Shown here one piece after another: positions 11,942 through 25,525 of a stretch of DNA of 64,000 nucleotides. The notes under the pieces were generated by a model. The model was not told the DNA's origin. It ran no database searches and saw only the letters and a program-made list of their open reading frames with translations. How positions within the stretch are numbered: the first letter of the stretch is position 1; the number at the start of each line of letters is the position of its first letter. The stretch covers positions 62,001-126,000 of the forward strand of contig JASANG010003711.1 in assembly GCA_030248215.1 (NCBI GenBank). The letters are read 5' to 3'. A program made the translations under genes and the position numbers. The stretch comes from Enoplolaimus lenunculus. Lineage: Eukaryota.

Positions 11942-14868
11942 TTAATTTGGTGCTAGAGTCGGTCGTTCACGATCTACAATCTGGGATAATTGTCATTTAT
12001 GCATTTTGATTGTTTAGGGATTTCATCCGCTTAAGGACTCGTACTAAAGTGAAACGGACTGATTAGGCCTCAAAATGGACACCCGTCCATATTCAGGTTA
12101 CTACAGTATCCCTATTAAATTTTGTCATATATTGCTCGGAGAATATACAAGTTCCTGTATTCATTTTAAAACAATCATATCAGTTTAAAACTCTGCATTG
12201 AAGAATATATACAACGTCCGAACGTATTTTGCACGAAATTTTAGTCTATCGCTTAAGAAAACAAAACCAGACGTATCTTTTACTGAAGCCAAAGGTACGA
12301 TCACAAAACAAATATATTTGTACGCCGATAATAAATGTTGAGACCATAAACTGTGTTATGCACCGAAACAATACTACGTTGCCAAGCAGAGCCAAACAAA
12401 ACCCTGAACATGACCAACAATGGAATTCGGCGGTTAACCTTTGCAACGAGTTTTGCAACTATAAATCTTCAGCGAAATATTTTTAGCTAAACTTGAATTG
12501 GCTGTCCTTAAAAGCTAGTCATTTTTCGTTACGTGCCACTAGGTATCGCTACTTAAAAATAGGAAATTTCAGCCAAAAGTTATGTCACAATGTCATCAAT
12601 TTCAACTTGTTTCTCTGTACGTAGGATTTTCTAAAACAAACACACGACCAGACCAAACGCTTTGACATTTGCCTTACAACTTTTACTGCTTAAAACGGGA
12701 CTTTTTAAACTTTAGTTGTAGTTGAACACTGCTGTGTTTACGGATACCTTCGGCAAAACAGTACATTTTTAGCTCCACTACATTGTTGCATACAAACTAG
12801 CATTAACTAAAAGCATGTATACGTAATACAAAATAAGATAATTTAACACTGAAAAACACAAACAACTTTATGCTCTTTCCCGCAAAAGACTTATTCATGG
12901 TATACCGGACATTATAAGTGCTTGACGCTCGTCCATTCTTAAATTTTTCACAGCTTTAATTTCCGTCTAAACACTGTATGCAGGAAAAAGCTAACAGAGC
13001 TTGATCGAACTCACATATACAAATGCTAAGCCTCGGACAACGTTGGTTTAAATTTCATGTTTACAACTGCGCGTTTCCAAAAATCTTGCAAACCAGTTAG
13101 TGACATTACTTCCTAAGTTCCTAGTCCAATGTTTGCAATCATATCTACATCGTTACACGGTTAAGCAAATTCTGCCAGTAAGCCTAAAGATTCAATATCA
13201 CTAAGTCAACAGAACTGGTAAAAATTACTTTGTTTCCACAATGTAAACCTCGAATCAAAAAAATCCGCTATTGTAACTATATGGAAATACTTGGATTCAA
13301 ATAGAGTTTAAATGGCTTCACATTTACTCGAACCAACTCGACAAGTTGTCCCATAAACACAGGGTATAGTCAAAGAATTCAATATTATAGTAATTAAATT
13401 ACGTAAGTAATAAATAACGCAAACATATTTGGCAGCAGCAAACATGAAAACAACGCAAAACAACACTAAAGCAAACGTATAGTAACAATATAGTTTTTTG
13501 CCCGGATTATTCGGCGGATAATTAACTGAACGTCCAAAAGCTCAAATCAATTTACACTGATGTTCTGCATATAACAATTACTCACGCTTATAATGAATGC
13601 AGGTGTAACGATAGTTGTTAACCAGACGGACCCGTAGCCATCTCATCTTGCTATGAGGGCAAAAAAAATTTCAAAAGGGGCACACAATGGTTTTCAATGA
13701 CTTACAAGCAAGGTTGAAAATTTTCTGGCTCGTAACCAGATCTTCATAACGATAAATTATGTCACTTGTTTTATCTCGATCGAAATGATGTCATTACTCA
13801 AAAGTTACACTTCTCGATCAATAGTGATTACTTCTGGTTAGCAAAGATTTGTTTTGACTGAATCAAATTGTGCAAAAATTTGAATCAGCGAACAGACTTT
13901 GCCTGATGCAATTGTAAACGCACATCCTTCGGAAACCTGATAAATTAACAAATGTGTATGTATACGAGCAGTTCCATACAGCATACATAAAGAATATAAA
14001 CTTAAATAAATTATGCCGGACTACCAGAACGCAATTGTTTTTACGCTTGATATCGTCCAGCAATAACATAAATAAATAGTTGTTTCTTGTTTCATAAACA
14101 ACGGAACCAAATCGTACGTGCTATCGTTTCAAGACTGTTCATCTGAAATGTGTAAAAAAAATAAAAGAAGACAATGATCAGATTGAAACAAACGGGAGCA
14201 TAACCCAATTAGGCTGTGCTGAGGCCATTTACCAATCGCATTGCGCAAACGAACAATGTTACAAAACATATCTGTAACGTTGAATTCGGACGCACTTAAA
14301 CCGATTATATGTGCTCAAAACAGCCAAGCCAAATTATATTCAACAAAATGTTTCGCGTAAAGAAAATAATTTCAACGTGTTTTCTAAGATAACATTACTA
14401 AACCTTTGAGGTAAACATATACAGCTTTATATCACTTCAAATTTTCAAATATGAACCTTGAAAAGTTAAACTCTATTTCATTCATTCGAACTAAGCATAC
14501 AACTACGGAACACTTGCGACTGAGCTTACGTTTGTGCCTAGGCTTAAGCTTAAACTTAGGTTTAGTTGTCAAGATCCACGTGAACCCAGTGAGAAATACA
14601 AATTGATTTTTCAATGTGTACATATAACTAAATGCGTTAACTATGAGTACTTATTTTCGTTAAACACTCTCTTCAACTAAATGAACATTGCAGTAGTTTA
14701 GATAAGAGACTTTATGCAAGCACAAGTTTATGGATGTTTTTACTTCTGCAACCAAACAACAAGCATTTGATCCAGAGAAAACACATTTTTGCTCGTAGAA
14801 CTGATCAATCAACATTTCCAAATTTAAAGCGCTGTTAAGCATTCTTACAAAAACTTTTATCAAGCATA

Positions 14869-15340
14869 TAAACGAGTAAAGCATGGTACTTGTTTAGTTC
14901 CCCCAACACTAATGCTAATTTGATCAAAGGCAAAAATTTCACCAACACAATATTGTAGCTATATCACTTTACACACACATCGGCTGACGCTAAGTCTTAA
15001 ATGAACCTTAGCGTGAACCTCAGATATAACTTAAACTTAAGACTTAGCGTCAGCCGATGTCTGTAAAGTAATATAGCTATACAATATTGTTTTGGTGAAA
15101 CTTTTGCCATTTATCAAATTAGCATTAGTGTTGGGGAAACTAAACAAGTACCATGCTTTACTTGTTTAGTTTCCCTAACACTAATGCTAATTTGATCACA
15201 GGCAAAAATTTCACCAACACAATATTGTAGCTATATTATTTTACACACACATCAGCTGACGCTAAGTCTTAAATGAACCTTAGCGTAAACCTCAGATAAA
15301 ACTTAAACTTAAAGCTTAGCCTAAACCTAAGTCTCAGCCT
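14869..15340. repeat. Inverted triplication (direct - inverted - direct copies of a ~130-150 bp segment)
   Basis: 14887-~15040 recurs at 15159-~15312; ~15037-15168 is the reverse complement of ~14869-15000. Confidence 0.9.
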
Positions 15341-17134
15341 ATTTTATTAATACAGTCATTATGTGTGGTTGAATTTTTTGTGGGCGGAAAACGAAACAAG
15401 TAATATAAATATTTACCCGAGCTGAAATCGATAAAACAGTCAGCACCCCTGCTGCACAACAAAACCAAATTTTAATTTGTTCCCTTTGCGTCTTAAATAT
15501 TCAACAAAAATCACCATCATTAAATTTTAAACATTCGTTAATAAATTTAAAGAAAATAACCAAATGAAACCCGGCGGATTCGTGTTGTTTTTACCTTCAG
15601 TGTGAAAAATAGAAAATTCAAAGTCATAAAACTTCTAATATACAAGATTCCATAGATCTAAAATCGTTGCCACACGATGAATTCTTTTTATACAGGAATT
15701 GAGGAAACTAAATTAATTCTCATAGCGTGAGATAATAACAACGCCATTTTCAACGATACATTTCAAAAGCTTTTCAAAAATTGCTATCTTACCATACTGA
15801 CGCTAATTATTACATACTTCGGGCAATTTTAAGCATCCGAATTCCTTTTTTTGCTTCTGTTATCAAAAATTCTCATCAGTTTGTTAATTCGACATGAGAC
15901 TGTTAGAATAGACCGCCTCATTCGCTATCAAAAAGGCTTCAATCGATAATACCAAAAAGCCTATTTCTCGTTGTAAGTTTGTTCACAGTTACACTCGCAA
16001 GCAATGTAACTACTGCTGCTGAATTAACCGCTGTTAATCGATTGGCTAACAACAAAACCGCTAACGTATTTAAATGCTACATCAACAGTGTAAGTGGATA
16101 AATTTAATGGTTACTGAGTCAATTATCAGACCTGAGCGAAACAAATTTCGGCAAAGTTACTCTCATCAGCCGCCATTTAGCTGTATTGTGATTCGACTTA
16201 TTTAATTTGGGATCCTTAACAATAGTGCCACCATATACTTATAGGTTGCTGGGCAATGTTTTAGCGATACCACTAAGACTAACAATCCGATTTCACATCG
16301 AACCACAAATAATAACCAGTTTTTCAGTAACGGTTTCAATAGTAACGTCGTGCGTATGAGGGTAAAACTTATCCGTCGATAAATTGTTTCAACAAAACAG
16401 TTGAGAACCTAACGACGTCGAACCGTATTATGGTTCCAATAAATATGTAGGTATGCCATAAACTGATAGCGATTACCGGTTGAAACCTAGCATTTCGTTT
16501 GACACTCATGTTAATATATTAAGGTAATTTGGCGCAAAACTTACGACAACCATTAGCACTTACACGGTGGCAACTGGGAAAGGTGTGCGGAGAAAGAGAA
16601 CGGGTGTCTCCCTCCCACCCAACATCAACATCATCGCTCCCTTTGCCGAAAATTTATTTTACAGCAAAAATGCTCATCGACCCTCTACTAACAATTTACT
16701 CGATTGAGGGGAGGGGGTTGAATTTTTACCTTTTAAAGAAAGATAACAACACAAACAACATGCACAGTTGTAAACATGATAAATCAATTACCTGCTTTCA
16801 AAACCAACAAACACGCTTCTACAGTTTTAATCAAAACCAAAAACGTTTGAACTGCTCTTTTGGATCGACTATTAGTAACATTACAAACCACATCACCACG
16901 GTAGAATGAGTTAATTTTTCTGCGTTCCAAGTTGAAAAAACAAACGGTAACTTACTCGCAGCTCTTAACCCAACTAACACGCCAGTGGTAATAATAGTTA
17001 CTTCTAAATAATATCACATCACTCGATTGTCCAAAATCTGACAAGCAGTTTAAACCGTTAAAAACGTCCCAAAACAAAAAGTCAGTGAACTATCGCATCC
17101 CACTCTCCAAGTCCTAACGAACATTCAGTTCCAG

Positions 17135-20100
17135 CTATACACGTGACTGATCAGCCACATCATCGCCGTATCTATATTTCTGGTGCGATCCGCTCGTTAA
17201 AGACCCGTGAGACCCAGATCGTTGTCTCATAATCGTGGTTTGCGTGATATTGCCCAACGCGTCTATAGTACGAAACTCCGTTTCACTGCGTTGCGTATTT
17301 AAAGCTTGGTCGCTGGTGCTAGTCTCGTCTGCTTGGAGGCGCTGAATATATCCGACCACTTTTTCATGGGACTCAGTCCCGGTAAAGCGTATGTGTTGGC
17401 GAAGCGGATCGGGAACCCTGGTACTCACCGATCGGCTTATCATCTCAAGGGACCCATCATCAGCACGACGAGACGACGTATAAGTGGTTAAGGTGACAGA
17501 AGTAGCGCTATCAACTTCTGTACCTCTTAAGCTGTCGCTTTCAGACACCCCAGACTGTAGCAGCATTTCAGCCGCCCTGGGATCAGCGCTTGCTGCTAGC
17601 CACGAGCATTTAGGATAAACGACTGAAGTTCTTGGGCTAGTCACCCCTGGTTTATAATCACTGTCACCATCGTCTGGACCGTACGACAACAACGACATTG
17701 TTCCGGCGTCGGAACTCGCACCGCGTAACTGGTGACCAGAATCCATACCCTCCCTTGCCGAGCCATATTCTTGAAATGTAGACGAAGTATCGGCAGATGT
17801 TGTCAGTTGTGGATGGTCTATCAATGGCGAATCTTCTGGAAAAGCACCTTGCGCAACATCTGACCTGAACGAATCGGCCAATCGTTGTCCAGGCGAACTT
17901 AATGCTCCTACTTGTGTAGAGGCTACATCCGAAGTATGCTCTATGTGTTTATCTTCCGGATAGGGCGAGACACACCGTTGAAAGATTTCACTGTGTGTTT
18001 CCACACTCAAATCAGATTTCGATCCTGTGGGTTGCGACAAAATGATTTGTGATGTTTCACCAGAGGCAGATGGTTTCCCAGTTAAGATGGCTTGATCATT
18101 TACCAGCGCGTCTATATCATCCGTACCAGGCAGGCTAGGTTTCGTTGGTTGTTCGCAATCATCATCGAAAACAGGCAACAAAGACGACGAACACACTTCT
18201 ATTTCGCTTTGAGTGTGGCGCTCTCGACCACTATTCTCAGCTTCGCTACTCCGAACTGGTGGGGTCGGTGTCTGCGGCCGCTCAAGCACCTCAAAATCTA
18301 TATCTGGGCTAATGCCCAGTGTGTCATGTTCTCGGTATCCGGCTGGTCTGGTGTGACTGGCATCTTGGTCATCAAACGACGGCATTAACTCCCAAGAATC
18401 GACAGACATGCTTGCGACATCGTCACGTTGCTGTCGACTAAATCGTTCGGCAATAGACGAGGCGAATTCGTTGTCAGTTACACTTGCAGAAGACATTTTG
18501 TGTTGTTTTTTCTGTTGCTGTTCACTACTATGGTGAGCATAATAAAACCCGTCTTCTGAATCTGATTCTTCTCTGATATCGGATAACACCATTGGATCTG
18601 TAGCAGCAGCAGCAGCAGGAATATTCGTTGCTGAAATCGTCGGATCGCTACGGTTCAGATCTGACGGCCCAGCACCGCTACTACCTATAGCGTTCGCAGC
18701 TGAAAACGGTGGGGCAGAATGGCATGTAAGTATTAGCGGGGACGACGGCCCCCCACCTGCCGAAGACGCTGGCGACAAAGATTTCCCAGGCGATGCCAGA
18801 ACGCTATATTTCCCAGCGCCGCCGTTGCTTCCATTATCGCCCGATGCCGACGCAGCCATTTCTCGTTCCAATCGTTCAAATTCCAGCAACGAGGCAACCG
18901 AAGATCCATTTTCGCTCTGTCGCCGAAGTAAAATTGGTGGTTTCAATGGCTGTTCTTTACCTGCCATCCACTCAGCTTCACTTTCACTATGACTGTATGA
19001 ACTACGTTCGGAAGTTCCGGCTGCTGCAACTGTTTTCGCTGGATCACTTCGATGAAGCACTTCACCTTCTAAATGTTCAAATTCCTTTAAACTCGTCGAT
19101 GATTCAGACGCGTTATCTGCTAATACGCTGCTTCTAATGCTTTCAGCTAACTTGTGTCCGGCGTTGAAATCGTGTTGTGCGTCTTGTTGTTCTAGTTCCG
19201 GTTCCTCTGGGACAGTTTCCAGCTCCGTGGTTTCCGGCAAAATGTCTTGGCTTGTTTCGCACTGATACTCACTGTCTGAATAGTCAAACGCTTGCGGCTG
19301 CTCGAACGATGATGGTATTTCAGCGTGAATTCTAGTCGCACCAAGACCGCCTGGAGAAAATGCCGATGAGGTTTCGTCTGACTCTTCGATGCTACAAATA
19401 TTCTCGAGATGTTCATCAATGTCTGATCTCATAGTTTCTAAATTATTTACATCTGTTATTGGTTCGTTCCACTTGAGTTTTGCGGCTTCATCCGTACTAT
19501 TGTCGTACGCCAGCGGCTTGGACATCAGCCCAGTCCCAGCTAGCGCACGATCATCCGGAGAAAGCGATACAACAATCGACGAAACCGAGGAAGGTGGCTC
19601 CGATGCTTCTTGAATCCGTTCCAGCAGACCGTTTCCATCGTCGGCATCGTCTGACCCGGGTGGATGTTCTTCATGAAGTGGTTGTTCAGTAAGATCTGGA
19701 TCCGAAAAGGTCAACTGACGATTTGACTGTATTGGACTGTATCGTAGCGTTTTGCCCGGATGCATACCGCCCGACGAAGGCAATTGCTGTAAAACGCCAC
19801 CAATATCCGCTGATGTCGCATCCTCCACTTGCCCATACTGGACGGCGTTATCATCGTCAGCGAGCGCTACCACCGATCCACCAGTAAATGTCTCTGTATC
19901 TGAAAGCTCATCGACATCAGACCTCGAAATAGCGCTTAGTCGACTTCCGACGCTTTCCGTAGTCGCTGACAGCGACGACGCTGGGGTCACGTACTCATCT
20001 GACCGTTCAATAGTGCTTGCCGCAGACTCATACGCTTCACCCCCAGAAGTTCCTCCGCCACCGCACGGCGTGTCATAATCGGTTGTGTTCGGTGAACTGC

Positions 20101-22803
20101 GACACCGGCCATTACTACCAGCAGCAGTATGATACGATGATTCTCCGCCACTCGAAGAATAATAACTGCTTCGGTGACCAGACGCCAAGCGACGTTTTCC
20201 AACTCTTGCTGTGTGATCGCGGTCGTCTTCACTCTCAGAAGTTAATTGTTCTGAGAGTTCTACGGGTCGAAATACCGTCCGATGATGGTCTGTTATGCCT
20301 GACGCTTCGGCAGCCTGGGTGGCTGAATAATTTTGCCTTGAATCAGAAGGCATTGTTAGCAACGGCAGACGTTCTTCGTAATCAGTAGTACTGCGGTCAC
20401 CGGTGACCGCTGTAGCCAGTGCTGTATCGCTCGCTGCGTCCGTGATTGTATCTTTTATTTTCGATACTGCACGAGTAAGTATGTTTCCAGTTGCTGTTGC
20501 TGTTGTTGTTGTTGTCGTTGCTACTGTTATTACTCGCGATACAGCGCTGTGTTCCAACTGTTCAACGATTCCAACACCAGTACTTTCAACAATCTCCACT
20601 GCTGACACATCCGACTCCTCTATTACCGGTGGAATCTGTGCCATTAACCTGGTATTTAGTACGCTGTCAAATTGTGATACCGCTGGCACTGGTTTAAGCT
20701 CAAAACCGCGTTGTCTTTTGAGAATAAGCTCACGTGCGGCTGTATTTAGTTCAGTAATTACAATGAAACGTTCTTCTAAACTATCCGGCAGACACAACAC
20801 ATCGTCGTGCGCAATTGTACCCATAATAATACGTTTAATTAACGTCACATTATTATCATTCAGCTCTAAGCTTGAACCTATACAAGCTGTAGGATCTGAT
20901 AGCCTATGCTGAAACGCTGTTATCAGCGCTACATAATCGTCTGACGTTAAATGACATTCCTGATCAGGTGTTATATATTCAATCCCTTGTAGAGCGGCAT
21001 AAAATTGCTCTTGGCGATTTCCACTAGGTTCGTCCTGTTTTAAACTTTCATCGCTCAGAAACAACTGATCTGGCGATGAGTGCGCTAATTTATCTGAAGC
21101 TACACAGCTCAAAAATTGATGATTCGAAATCTCAGATATGAGCAAACGTTTCACAGTTGCAGCTCTATGCGTTGGAGACGATGGCAATTGATTGCGCGAC
21201 TTAAAATCCATTGACTGTTCGAATGATTGCAGTGTGGCTGGTGAAAAGTCGTGGTCCCTTCGCTGGTCATACAATGCGGTCCCAAACGCGTCAATCATCT
21301 TAAGAGCTTGTTGCAACGCAGAATCGAAAACGTTCGACGCAACCATGCCGGCCACCACACTGTGACCCAATCGATCCTGAATACTTCCCACTCCCGATTC
21401 AAATACTGCAGTCTTAGCTTGTTCCGTATCAGACGGCTTTCGGCGGGTCATGTCTATAGCAACGCATGGTTCTTCGACACAAGCCTGTTCGTCAAGATCA
21501 CGCTCCGGCTGCCCATGCTGAAGCGCACTGGAAACGTCTGGTACACGTTGTACTACATCCAGAGAACTGTCAACATCCAATTGCGACCTGTCGAAATTCA
21601 AAGGAATGCTATGAGACAAACAGAAATTATCAATTCTTTTTTGGACCGTTTCAACGTTTTTCTGTTCTTCAGATCTGACTATAGCTACCTCTGCTGCTGT
21701 TGATGCAAATTCCACATCGCTGTGTGGAAGGGTCTCGTATCGACCACCTGGTTCATTGTCCTGTGGTTCATAAAGCGATGATACAAAGCTTTGATCAAAA
21801 GACTCACGATGGGGTGACTGATCAAGAGCTGGCTTGCCAAGTGTTGGCTTATCAAAAGGTGTCCTGTCAAGGAATGTCTCTGACATAGGAGTGTCACCAG
21901 GTGAAGAGCGAGGTTTGCTGGCGGTACTGCGACGCCGTGAACTGGATACACCTTCATCCATGCTAGTATCATATGGATATGTCGGATCAGCGTAAGCCAA
22001 CTCGGTGCCTGAATCAAGCTCGCTATCCTCTAGCGCAAAGATCCTTTTTGAGTCCGACACTACGCGATAAGGCGCCTCGTCAGCAAACTCTTGGCGTCGC
22101 ACTTCACAAATTGGCGATTTGTACGGTCTAGTTTGGTCAACGTAATTGGTGTTGGTGCTAATTTTGCGAACGGCTTCAATATCAAAGCTTTCCAGATTCT
22201 CGTCTATTTTCGCTTTGGATACATCGTATTCATCACCATCAAACCTACTTGATCCATCGCTCAACCATTTCTCTTCGTGGCTCACATCACTTCTCACCCC
22301 ATCACGAATAGTAGTACTTTCCGTATAAACCTCGCGTTCCACAGATGGCAAGAACCTTCGGCGCCCAAGGTCAGTTTCTTTAATCTCAGGTCGCTTACGA
22401 ACTATCTGCAACTCTGATTGCCTCACTGCTGAACCAGTCTCTGGCACTCGTTGTTCAGATCGCCTAAGCTCATGAGTTACAATTTCACTTGCCACCCTAT
22501 GAGGCGTTGTTGTTTCTTGCGTTTCCGTATCCAAAAATCGCCTCGAATAGCGTTCTTCTGTCCACCGTTCAACGGTTTCTCCGCCACGCTCAAAATCGAT
22601 AGAACCTAGCGTCCTGTCAGACGGCTTCGCTGGATATAGATCCCTTTCAGAATGACCAACAGCAATTGGGCCATGAATACTTTCAGAACCATGAGTAGTA
22701 CCAGGAAAATCACGCCCAGCGGCGACAGGTTGACTTAAATCTCTAGCAGCCGCCAATACAATGCCACCAGGTTGTTCTCGGTACGCCGTGATACGTTCAC
22801 GCG
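17135..22803 (-). CDS. unc-44: Giant (~5.7 kb) terminal exon of an ankyrin (UNC-44-like giant isoform): acidic Ser/Thr/Glu/Asp/Pro-rich tail
   Basis: Uninterrupted ~1890-codon frame. Acceptor atgtttattttAG (plus CT 22804-22805), phase 1; TAG at 17135-17137. S/T/E/D/P-rich composition like giant ankyrin tails, and collinear with the exon carrying the ankyrin C-terminal motif. Coding status is strong; identity is inferred. Confidence 0.75.
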
Positions 22804-25024
22804 CTAAAATAAACATTAATAACCAAGTATGCGTGGACAAACACACACACAGAACCCTAATTTAAATATTAGCATCGTTAGAAAAAACACGAATATAAAT
22901 CTAAAACCACATTCTCAAACCAAGCCATCTTTGTTAGCATAACCACAAACTGTTTGTAATTTCAGTTTATAAGTACAACTACATTAAATTAATTTAAAAA
23001 ACCCACTGATATACCAATGTTTAACCTTAACAACATGAGAATCAACTAAAGTAGACGAAGTTTTCTAACTAAAAAATTGTTTTCAGTTTCACACAGAGTA
23101 TTTTACAGTTAGCATTAAAGTTTAACACAATGGAAACTGCACACAAACTGCAGACCGACACAAAACATTATAGTTTCAATAATTTCACAAAATATTATGC
23201 CGAAATATGTAATAATGTGTCACAGGACAACTTTGCTAATTTTCGCCAATATTCTGTTGTTACACTTCACATGGCCCATTTACTATTTCAGCCAACGATA
23301 CCGCGTTAAAGCGAAATAGAATGTGGACACTGCAAAAGTTTTGCTCTCGAAGCAGTTTACATGTTCTCAGAACGGCTACATTGAAACAGGTTTCAAATAG
23401 CACGAGCGGTGAAATATTTATTGCAAGCGCAAACATTCTACGCTGCTTCGCTTAAAGGCTTGCAAACATCATTAATTTTAAAGTTATCAACATTCTACGT
23501 CAGGTTCTTAATACTTTCAACAACGAATTTTAATTCGCTTAATTTTAGAAACTTTCACTAGCATTTTACAACTTGTAGTATATTTACACATAGGCGTTTG
23601 CAAATATGTTGCTTAACATGATATCCTACGTTATGTTTCTTTTATGCACTCTCATTCTTTAATTACCTTCCAACAACTCTATCGTAGAACTCAGCTCGTC
23701 GCGATCTATAGGATAGGCCACTTTAAGGTTCTTTTACAACTGCGTTTCTTCTAAAATTCCTTTAATTTAGTATTTCATTTTGTTTCTCTCAAAATTTTAC
23801 TCCTTTGCTTACGCATTTTTAATTTTAAATTTCCGATAGCCTAAACTTTAAAATTGACGCTTGAGTGACCAACAATTGAATAAAAGTTCCACATAAAATT
23901 TAACCGTATCGAATATTGCACGAAACACGCAGTATAACCGTATACACAGTGCCAGTAATTTTTTCAGCTATAAAAATCAGTGCTTAAATGTATCTACATC
24001 TTAATCGCTTCCAAAATTTCCTTATGTTATTTTGAAGTATGCAAACATTTTAGCTAAGATTAGACGCATAATGTGGTACAATGAAGACCATAACTTAAAC
24101 TAACATTACAATTACGAGTCCTCATATTACGTACTAGATTTGAGAACCCAACTACCACATGAATGCAGTCCAGAGTGCAGTTTCCATTGTATACACTGCA
24201 AAGTTATACTGTTGAACAGAATAAACGAATAGGACAACCAAAATTGCCAGTTGCAATACGTACTTACAGTTTTGTTCTCGCTTAAAATAAGCCTTGTTTG
24301 AGAATGTACGTTTTAGCCATATCGTGATTTAAATAACAGTATATATATCACATTAAATTTTTAGCAGAGACTTGCGACGCCGACAACTACTACACATCAG
24401 GAATTAAAACCAGGGTTAGAACGGACATGCAAGCAGAAGAGCTACATATTTGTACGAGATCATGTAGAATCCATTACTGTACAACCTGGCATATATCTGA
24501 GTGTCTTCCGAACAACACGGATCAGAATTACTTTCTGAGGCGAATATGGCAATATTACGCTTAATCTACGGTCGAATAGCTCAATCTGATGCGATTAACA
24601 CATTTTTCTAAACGTAAAAATATCGTCTAAACGCGTAACTTCCGTAAAAAATATCCGGTAAATCCTGCTTTACTTTTACCATTTGTGTAAACAGCTGAAT
24701 TATATAATGTTTTTAATTAAAATTTAAATTTTCACAACTTTCTAAATAACATAAATACGAAGGCGTCTTAAACAAATGGTCGTACAACTGAAAATATATA
24801 GTCTCTGTCGGTAAAATAGTCAATGCATGCAACACAAATTCTACAACAAACAACAACAACAACAATCACAACCACAATACATACACCAGCGATTTGGAGT
24901 AGGATAACATCTGATCGCCACACTTCACAAAAGCAACTCTAAATACGCAGATAAAACCACAACTAAAAACGGTTTGTACCGAAACCTGAACCATTATTCT
25001 CATAAGCATTATAGCACCTATTAC

Positions 25025-25192
25025 CAGTGGCGGATCCAGGATCTCATAATGGGGGGGGCAAAATTTCACAGGTAATAAACTTATTGACCTATACACAAAC
25101 CACAAAATATTGTCACAAAATTGCTATAGAATTTTTGTCGAGATGCTGTTGGGGGGGTACGGCCGGGGTGGCCCCCCATGGATCCACCATTG
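25025..25192. mobile_element. hAT-like MITE with perfect 8-bp TSD
   Basis: TIR cagtggcggatcca / tggatccaccattg (12/14); CCTATTAC at 25017-25024 and 25193-25200. Confidence 0.85.
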
Positions 25193-25525
25193 CCTATTAC
25201 CAATTAGTGTTACACTAACACATTTTAGAACATAGACACTTTTTTCAATAGTCCTTATGTACCCATGAATACCGTAACTACTGGTCCTATTATTTTATTG
25301 TCGAGTAACTATTGTTTTAAACCAATCAAGTATGTATAAAATTTTGAACCAGACTGATACAATAAAATTATAATAGACACCCGGCTGGCTGCACCGATGC
25401 CCTTTAACCAATTGATTCAAAGTTATTACATAATGTTTATACTGTAACAGTCGTTCTAGCACAATAATGTGTATCGTTTAAACATTTCCGCCACAATAAA
25501 TTCAAATTCAACTGGACTCTTGATT

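Noticed and set aside
17306..22328. Numerous plus-strand ORFs overlapping the giant exon
   Set aside because: Antisense shadows of a long coding exon with no independent signals
24930..24945. Tiny alternative last exon (tatttAG|AG TTG CTT TTG TGA) on the minus strand
   Set aside because: Phase-compatible but too short to distinguish from chance without transcripts
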